DNA of 64,000 nt from Eledone cirrhosa (taxonomy: Eukaryota): the NCBI GenBank assembly GCA_964016885.1, contig OZ024743.1:17174001-17238000 (forward strand). The letters run 5' to 3'. The position numbers and the translations under genes were made by a program. Shown piece after piece: positions 54,870 through 64,000 of the stretch (its first letter is position 1; the number at the start of each line of letters is the position of its first letter). A model generated the notes under the pieces. It made no database searches. It was not told the origin of the DNA and saw only the letters and a list, made by a program, of their open reading frames with translations.

Positions 54870-54986
54870 AGGTCTGACGACATGGTGTGTTGGCTTACAG
54901 TGTACTTTCGGTTTTTGATAATATTTGTGTATTATTCAAGTAGCGAGGTATAGGTAACTCATACACTATAGAAACAATTGTTACCT
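54870..54986 (+). ncRNA. pLTR hammerhead with 88-nt stem II, intact core
   Basis: AGGT-CTGACGA-C-ATGGTGTGT-(70 nt hairpin)-ATACACTAT-A-GAAA-CAATTG-TT-ACCT-AATAAA. Confidence 0.75.
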
Positions 54987-55023
54987 AATAAATTCTATAT
55001 ACCCGCATTTCCATTTCGTAAAT

Positions 55024-55166
<143 letters not shown>

Positions 55167-55174
55167 GTACATAC

Positions 55175-55430
<256 letters not shown>

Positions 55431-55499
55431 GGCGAACCAGAGCCATGGGGCATATATGTAAATATAAATATATGTATCTATATATATATATATATCAGT

Positions 55500-56780
55500 A
55501 ACAAGTGCTAAAGAGGGGATATCTCTCTAACACCAACAACTACAGAGGGATCTCACTAATGTCACCTGCGGCAAAGACCTTGAACAGGATGATTCTTAGC
55601 AGGATCTCAGAAGAATCTCAAGGGCAACCAGAACGGCTTCAGAGAGGGAAAATCAACCAGCTGTCACATCCTGATTCTGAGGAGGATATTGCAGGGAACT
55701 AGAGCAAAGAGCCATCCTGCTGTCATGGTTTTCATTGACATTAGGAAGGCCGTGGATTATGTGGACTGACACTGTCTGATGTAGATCTTACAGGCTTATG
55801 GAATCCCCATAAGATACTGGACATGATATCACTGCTGTACACCAAAACCACATCCCGATTCGTTACACCTGATGGGATGACGGAGTTATTTGTGATACTG
55901 GCTGAAGTGTTCCAGTTAGTTACATTGGCTCTGCCTTTTTATCATCGCAGTGGACTGTTGTATACGCCCTGCACTGGAGAAACACCAGGACTCTAGGTTT
56001 ATTGTAGCACTCATTCGGAGCATGCTGAATTTGCTGACGAGATAGTTCTGGTGACAAACACAGTGAAGGAGGCAGAGGTTGATGCAGGAGGTGGGTACTG
56101 TGTCGATGAGTGTAGGATTGAGAATATATGAGATTAAGACGCAGTATCTGGTAGAGAATATCAAGAAGCCAGAGAAGACTAGGAACATAGGCAGGAAGCC
56201 GCTAGAATTGATTGAGGACTTCCTGTATCTAGGAGCAAAGATTGGGATCACAGAGTAGAATGTGGTTGAGAGTAAGAACATGGCCTGGGCGGCGTGCCAC
56301 AGTTTGAGATCTTTGTGGAATCCGTTCTTCGTAAAGACCTGAAGATCAATCTCTTCCTTGCTACAGTGGAGTATGTGCTGCTATACGGGTCTGAGACATG
56401 GATACTGACCGAGAAGCTCACTCAGATGGTGGATGGGTGTTACACGAGTATATTGAAGATGGCTTTGAACATTAATCAGTATACACTATGGATGAAGGAC
56501 TCAGATCTGTACGGGAGCCTCCCAAAATTCGGCTCAAAAGTAACACAAAGTAAACTGAAGTTAGCTGGACATGCTCCATACATTCATAGTTGACACTGCA
56601 TTTCGTGCTCCTCTGGGAACCCCTGCAGGGTCACACAAGAAGAGGGAGACCGGGGTTGACATATGCTGATGTCCTAAGGACATACACCGGCTACTTGGCG
56701 ACGCAGGACATGGCAGCAATGATCAGAGACAGAGACCGCTGCACGGAACTCGTCCATGGATCTTGGCAATTTTACCCGCC

Positions 56781-56781
<1 letters not shown>
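55500..56781 (+). mobile_element. 5'-truncated degenerate RTE-type LINE (RT 3' half)
   Basis: NNYRGISLMSPAAK, QNGFREGKST, FIDIRKA, FLYLGAKI, LLYGSETW, RRGRP. Confidence 0.85.
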
Positions 56782-56821
<40 letters not shown>

Positions 56822-56923
56822 CACACAATCTAATTCGTATTATATATATTGTGCCTATAACTGATTTAGAAATTAGAGAAGTTATTTCATTTAATTAAGC
56901 TACATTGCAACTCTTTCAAAGCT

Positions 56924-57109
56924 AATAATTGTTTCTACTTTTGGTACAAAGCCAGCAATTACCCCAGTGTATTACTGGTACTTTATTTTATCGACTCCGT
57001 AAGGATGAAAGGCAAAGTTAACCTCGGTGGGATTTGAACTCAGTCCGTAAAGGGCCGTAACTGTGCTGCAAAACTTGGCGTCCTACTCTCTACCGATACT
57101 GCCAATCCA
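56924..57109 (-). mobile_element. tRNA-derived SINE
   Basis: Same family; A/B boxes and core present. Confidence 0.88.
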
Positions 57110-57163
57110 AAATAACCAGTTTCATGAAATTCAAAAATTTTAAATTTAAACAATTCTGTCATT

Positions 57164-57353
57164 AATAATTGTTTCTACGTTTGGCAAAAGGCCGGCAAAT
57201 ACTCAGTACATTACTGGTACTTTATTTTATCAACTCCGTAAGGATGAAAGGTAAAGTTAACCTCGACGGGATTGGATCTCAGACCATAAAGGAACGTAAC
57301 TATGCTTGAAATCATGGCGTCCAACCCTCTACCGCTACAGCCAATCCACCGCC
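57164..57353 (-). mobile_element. tRNA-derived SINE (adjacent second copy)
   Basis: Same family. Confidence 0.88.
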
Positions 57354-57879
57354 CTAGTTCGGTCATTAATATGAGAACAATTGTTTAGAATTGCAACACA
57401 ATATTCGGTTTAAATATTATCCTTGAAATGCACCTTTTAGTTCCATACCTCTCTGTGTCACCTTACGATAAATTATTTACGTGTTTACTAGCTGATTAAT
57501 ATATTAAGATATATAATATATTTCAGATATATAATGTGGAAACATTTCCAAATGTTTTCAATTGCTTATTTCCCATTAGGATTTAAACATCCAAAACAAA
57601 ATAATTGTCATTACGGTGATAGTAAATGTAATACAAGTAATATATTTACACATGGCAATAATATTTCTATTGGCAAACCAGTCAGAGTTAATATGGCAAA
57701 CAAAAGAAATAATGAAAGAATGAGCATAATATTTTGCGGAAAATATAAAATATCATATTTTACCTAATGTATGGAATAATTAATTATACATTAAAGATAT
57801 GATTTACAAAAGTCCGTACATTTGTGTGAAAGAATTACACACTTTTATGACATTTGCTCATACATATACATGAAATAAT

Positions 57880-58606
57880 GGTTTCAGATTTTGACATAGG
57901 ACCATTAATTTTTGGGGAACGGAAAAGTCGATTAAATCAGCAAAAGTGCGTTAATTGTACTTTATTTCATACATTGTGCAAGGATAAAAAACAGCTAAAT
58001 TTGGCAGGATTTAGACTGATACCCTTAAATGACGTAACTATATGGCACAAAGCATGCCCATCGCTCTATTATTACTGACAATCCATCGCCTTTATATACA
58101 AGCATAATGAAGATAAATATCACATGTCCAGTAGAGGTTCAAAGGTATGTTTAACTAATGTATAAAAGAGAAACACGTATTTTATTTTAAATGTCACTAC
58201 AGCACTTGTTTACTGCATATCTTATTTAATTTAGATACAAAATGTTGCGAATTAGATTGTTTATCGATATGTATATTATATCTAAAATGATTCATAAAAT
58301 AAATACAGATTACTGGCAAAAGGAAAACATATTTAACGCAACCAACATGTCACATACAGCTCAGTAGGATATATAACACACATATGTTAAGTTCAAAATA
58401 ATGGTTACTTATTTAGGCACAAGGCCAACAGTTTTGGGGAAGGGAAAAGTCGAAAAATTTGACCTAGTGCATTTCTGGTACTTTATTTCATCGACTCTGT
58501 AAGGATGAAAGGCAAAGCTAACTTCGGCGGTATTTCAACTCAGAATTTAAAGGGCCATAATTATGCTGCAAAGCTTGGTGTCAGACGCTCTACAGATTCT
58601 GCCAAT
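57880..58606 (-). mobile_element. Two older SINE copies (~57880-58090 and ~58400-58606)
   Basis: Diverged heads and cores; variant tail TTTTGGGGAAGGGAAAAGTCGA as read on the plus strand. Confidence 0.65.
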
Positions 58607-59155
58607 ACCTGTCTCTCTTGATTGAGCAGTTTGTGTGAAAATGGAAATGAAATGCGACGTCATTGTCAAAGGATTCATTTATGCATACGTATGAAGTGGT
58701 TCATATAGGCTTGGCACACAGTTGATTAAAATATATAGCTAAACGCGCGTAATTCCGGTAAAAATTCTTTGGTGATTCCGATTTGATGGAGAAGAAAAGT
58801 TACCGGGTCGCATACCTCCGAAATTCTCAATTATGGAATCGGAAAATTAATTTGGTACTTACTACTACAAAAATAAATACATAAATATTTAAATAGGTAC
58901 ACGAAAAAGCAAAAGAAAAAAAAAACGTTTTAACAGAAGTAACATTAATTTATGGACCTAAAGAAACCTTCACAACATAAATGGGAATGAAATGTAAATC
59001 AAATGTGACATTCTATTTACTGCAGGGATTAAAATACAGGGGAACACTATTTCCTTATATACCTACGATACATACATACGCATAAACATATATGTATATA
59101 TATTGATATTTCTAAAGAAATATGTTTATAGATAAATATTTAGAAAGCCGCAGCT

Positions 59156-59316
59156 ATGCAGACCACCGGGGATATCAACCTCTGGAGTTGTCCAGTAGCC
59201 GCAAGAGTAGGCGGGATCGTCCTGATGTGAAGCAGTTAAGTTCGAGATGCATCGACGATTGTCCCACTTGCTTCTGCTGGATACCGCCAGAAGGTAAGAT
59301 CCCCGGTGTTTTGCAT
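59156..59316 (+). ncRNA. GC-rich rod-like hairpin capped by a degenerate hammerhead (59217-59258)
   Basis: Nested helices CACCGGGGAT/ATCCCCGGTG, TGTCCAGTAG/CTGCTGGATA, AGTAGGCGGGA/TCCCACTTGCT, TCGTC/GACGA; tip CTGATGT-GAA..TTC-GAGA-TGCA-TC. Confidence 0.6.
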
Positions 59317-59329
59317 TCAAATTAATAAC

Positions 59330-59399
59330 TGATGTTAATGTAATGGTAGCACACTGCTCTGGATAACCGAAGAGGTTGGTTCGACTCCCATGTACGTCA
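59330..59399 (+). pseudogene. Degenerate tRNA-like sequence (A and B boxes)
   Basis: TAATGTAATGGTAGCAC D-arm, GGTTCGACTCC T-loop, TGATGT/ACGTCA ends; anticodon arm does not pair. Confidence 0.5.
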
Positions 59400-59510
59400 A
59401 TACTCACATTTTTTTCATTTCAGTGCTCTATCAAGCTAAATTTCTTTAGAAAATAGAAGCTTCTCTTTCTAATTTCAAAGACACTCGCTGTTTCAAAGCA
59501 TACTTATTGT

Positions 59511-59625
<115 letters not shown>

Positions 59626-59627
59626 AT

Positions 59628-59659
<32 letters not shown>

Positions 59660-59663
<4 letters not shown>

Positions 59664-60650
59664 TCCAGTAGGTATTACGTACCCACGGAAATATATATGG
59701 TGTCTATAATAGTGGTTGTTCTGTGGTACTAATATGAGATACCAGAACTGTAAATATGAGCGGAACAAGTAAGCATTAAACAATCTTTTAAATAAATTAA
59801 AATACGATTTAAATATTTACCTCTTCTGTTGCTATGACCGACGGTTTCGCTTATCAAAAGATTGGAAATTCAGAGAATGTCCAATGGAAAGATATAGCAT
59901 TTCAGATAGCTTTTCCAAACTTAGTAGATATAAATCCAAGTAAGTAGATATATCGCTTTCTGCCCTGTGAATGAATCAAGCCATTAAAATAACCCACACA
60001 CAAATAGACCGTAAGAAAAGCGGGAACTATAGACTCATTGATATTTCATATTACTAGAAATAGCGGCAAGATACACCCTTTTTTTCTCAACATTAAGGAG
60101 ATTACAGATAAATGATATAGATATTCCAGTAGGTATTAAGTACCCACGGAAATATATATGGTGTCTATAATAGTGGTTGTTCTGTGGTACTAATTTGAGA
60201 TACCAGAACTGTAAATATGAGCGGAACAAGTAAGCATTAAAAGATCTTTTAAATAAATTAAAATACGATTTAAATATTTACCTCTTCTATTACCATGACC
60301 GACAGTTTCACTTATTAAAAGATTGGAAAATCAGAGAATTTCCAATGGAGAGATATAGCTCTTCAGATAGCTTTCCCAAACTTACTAGATATAAATACAA
60401 GTAAGTAGATGGGTCATTTTAACGGCTTGATTATTTCACCGGGCAGGAAGCGATACATCTACTTACTTGGATTTATATCTAGTAAGTTTGGAAAAGCTAT
60501 CTGAAGTGCTATATCTTTCCATTGGAAATTCTCCGAATGTCCAATCTTTTGATAAGCGAAACCGTCGGTCATGGCAATAGAAGAGGTAAATATTTAAATC
60601 GTATTTTAATTTATTTAAAAGATTGCTTGATGTTTACTTGTTCCACTCAT
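59660..60650. mobile_element. Retrozyme-like element: 461-bp unit in partial tandem + fold-back, three HHR motifs
   Basis: HHRs at 59831-59910 (-), 60292-60371 (-, intact CTGAAGA) and 60496-60575 (+): GCTAT-CTGAAGA-GCT..AGC-GAAA-CCGTCGG-TC-ATGGC. Confidence 0.8.
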
Positions 60651-60659
60651 ATATATATA

Positions 60660-60764
<105 letters not shown>

Positions 60765-62013
60765 TATGTATACGTACATACATATATGTATACAGACGTA
60801 CAGTAGTATGTATATATATACATACATGCACACATATATATATATATATAAGTGTCGATTTACCGAACATTTATTATGATGCTCGGTGTGTTTGTAAGCA
60901 AACATCCCGAATTAAACCATCGTTGCCCCTTTGTTAAACACTGACAAAGGAACGATGTACTAGTTTCAAGCTTATTAAAGGTTAAAATTAATTAGAAGGC
61001 AGTTAGGTTAAATTTTAGGAATTCAAAATTAAAATTGAATGTTTAAAAATGCAGGTGAAGTACCGTAAGCAAGGCAATCACCAATTATAAAGACCAATTC
61101 CGTTAATAATTCTAATTTTAGAGTTGTGTAAACAAATAACATAATTTAGTTAAGCTGAGTCACTACACGCTTTGGGTTCCTCTCGTGTTCAATGTTTTAT
61201 TCCTATGGAATATATAAGTAATATGGTACGATGGTTAACAACAACTGAAACAGATCTACCTCAATAAATCCAGGGCCTAAATACCTACTGACTTCGAGCG
61301 CAGCTAGAAGTGTCTTCACTGTCAGGTGATGTCGTAATGTATGCCTAGTTATCCACACTAGTGTAGTTAATTATAAACTCGAGAATTATCCAAACTGAAG
61401 CCAGGCAGGATTTAATGAGCCATGCAAACCTATACAAAATACCTAGCTTCCTCTAGGTTCGACCAGACGGTCATTCTTGGATTCCTATTGGATGTAATCA
61501 ACACAGACAAGATAAATACATTCAAACCAGGCTATCACTATACTATGAAAATCGTATCGTATTTTATACAGCAAGTGTATTTTATTGAATAAATATAGAT
61601 ATAATTAATGGTAAATATGCGAAAGAGATCGCGAAACGTATTTAAATGAAAGTAAAATATATCGGGGATATAGAGAGTAAAAGTATCTAGGTAAAAGATG
61701 AGTAAAATATCTAGAAAAAAGCTAATCGCAAGCATATGCAGTATGGGAGTTAAATATATGAAATTCAAAAATATATAAAAAATAATATATAGGAATACAT
61801 AACAACAAATTATGTGTAACATATAAACAAAAACACAGCAAAGATTAAAAATATGTAAAGTTTAAAAAGAGTGAAGTTTAAAAATAAAAAATTAAGTTTA
61901 AAACAATATAGTTTGAAATACAAGTAGAAGAGATATTTAATTTGTTGGAAATCCAACAAATATAAGTACTTATAACGGATTTAGAGCATTCGATAGATTT
62001 CTGGAGTAAATAT

Positions 62014-62369
62014 TCAATGATATTAAATAACTGGAAACTATATTTATAAAACCATATTTATTCTATTATATATATTTCAAGGGTACCAAACAGCTTTGGT
62101 ACGCTTTCATCAGATAACATAGAAAGAGTGTTTTATAAAGGTTGACATAGCCAAAGAAAACCATACCTTATCAGTTGAATAATCCTTGGGTAGTCAAGGA
62201 TTATTCAACTGATAAGGTATGATTTTCCATGGCTAAGCCGAAATTTATAAAACACTGTTTGTATTTTATCTGATGAAAGTGTACGAAATTTTTTTGGTAC
62301 CCTTGAAATATATATAATAGAATAAATATGGTTTTATGAATATAGTTTCCATTTATTTAATATCATTGA
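62014..62369. mobile_element. 356-bp palindrome with two divergent intact-core hammerheads (62059-62121 minus; 62262-62324 plus)
   Basis: TATTTTAT-CTGATGA-AAG-T-GTAC..GTAC-C-CTT-GAAA-TATATA-TA-ATAGAATA; centre 62189-62194. Confidence 0.85.
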
Positions 62370-62571
62370 TTAGTTTGACATACATATAGTTTAATGAATA
62401 TAGTTTGAAAAGAATACCATACAATAAAAGGATATAGCAATAAAGGTGATACCAGGGAGATGGTACGAGCAGTGAACGTTTACGTACGTACCTAGAAGCC
62501 AAAAGCTATAATTGTAAAATTCATTCAGCATAAGGTATAAGGCATAATGATGTATATATATATATATACAT

Positions 62572-62635
<64 letters not shown>

Positions 62636-62818
62636 AAATGAAGTAATTCCGTCGGAAAAGTCCAGGAAAAAAGAGTGCTCTATGTAAGCAACAGAGCTTA
62701 ATTATTATTATGTAATAAACAACATAAGGCAATTATTCCATTTACCAGTGGTTTATTACATAATAATATATATATATATAATACATGTTTATATATATAT
62801 AATACATGTTTATTACAT

Positions 62819-62876
<58 letters not shown>

Positions 62877-64000
62877 GTGGGGGCGGTGTATGTGTGTGTG
62901 CACGCACGCGTATGCGTGTACATATAAGCTTATATGTGTGTAATGTGTAATCATGTATGCATCTTCATTATAATAATTTTAATTCATATTCCAAGCAAAT
63001 ACATGAAATTGTGTTGCTTCGGTGAGAATTACAAACTGTTCCATACCTTCTTTGGTCTTCTCTTATTATAGGAATTATTTTTGATTTTAATACCGCAATA
63101 AACGAACATGTCAATAATTTGTAAAATACAAAGACGTCAGCGTGGACGATAAGCACTTTTATTACTATAGGAGTGTGTTATAATGGAATGTGCTCTAACA
63201 TTAATATTAAGGTAGAATGGAATTAATGAATTGTAAATCACTTTCAACTATTATTAAAATTTTGTTTAAATTTTCATAATTTTTAAAAACTTACAATTAT
63301 GTATAGAACAATTGTTACAGTGTTGTCAATAACAAAATACTCAATATGATACTTTCTTCTGTGTAGAAGTAATTGATTGTTGTATTGTCCGGTTCTATTT
63401 ATAGGAAAATGTCTGTGTAGTCACTAATTTCGCAAAAGAGCAGATGTGCAGCCGTTTATAATGACGTCATTGATATCTTCTCTAGGAGCTGTTTGAAATT
63501 GTTGAGATGTTGTACGTGAAATACATTAAAGTAATGCCTCTGGTGTGAATCAAGGATAAATCAAATGAAAAAAATTAAATGTATGTCATTACAAAACTTT
63601 GCTGATACCAAGCATAACAAGGATTCATGTATACGTTTAATAATATGTTATTGATTTATTTTTTCTCTATTTATATTAGCAAGGAAGATAATTCTCAACC
63701 CCAACTTTAATTAAACATCAATATTTTCAAATGTGTTAGAAAAAACATTTCCAGGTATTGTGAATAAAAAAGATGTATTAGAAATATTTGCCCTGTATAT
63801 AAAAAGTGCAGTCCTTCGAATGAATATATTCATATTTTATCAAAACCGTACACGCTTGATAAAGCAGCAACTAAATAACAACTATTTAAAGGTAAATTCA
63901 TTTGAATGACGTTTAATTAAATTATATATTTATATATATAAATATATTTAAGGTAAGTAGGATTAAAGTCATTTTAACAGCATATACACCATTGGCATAT

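Overview
AT-rich, repeat-dominated animal genomic DNA. The (TA)n/(CA)n microsatellite load and the tRNA-derived SINE family suggest a cephalopod/octopus-like genome (inference). No host gene is supportable. The window is a mosaic of Penelope-like elements (PLEs), RTE and CRE LINE remnants, a Tc1 IR/DR transposon, a non-autonomous Helitron and about 8 SINE copies. It includes an ~8.5 kb head-to-head tandem/inverted PLE insertion with one apparently intact 760-aa RT+GIY-YIG ORF. The main hidden signal is about 25 type I hammerhead ribozyme (HHR) motifs or remnants from roughly 15 distinct sequence families. They sit in PLE pseudo-LTRs and in small non-coding retrozyme-like tandem/fold-back elements inserted in (TA)n. 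Many depart from the textbook motif in recurrent ways: stem II of 40-90 nt, a non-Watson-Crick pair at 10.1/11.1, U3-A8 or C4 core variants, a palindromic stem III, AATAAA just after the cleavage site, and a second internal partner for the post-cleavage strand. All folds were read by eye and ribozyme activity is untested.
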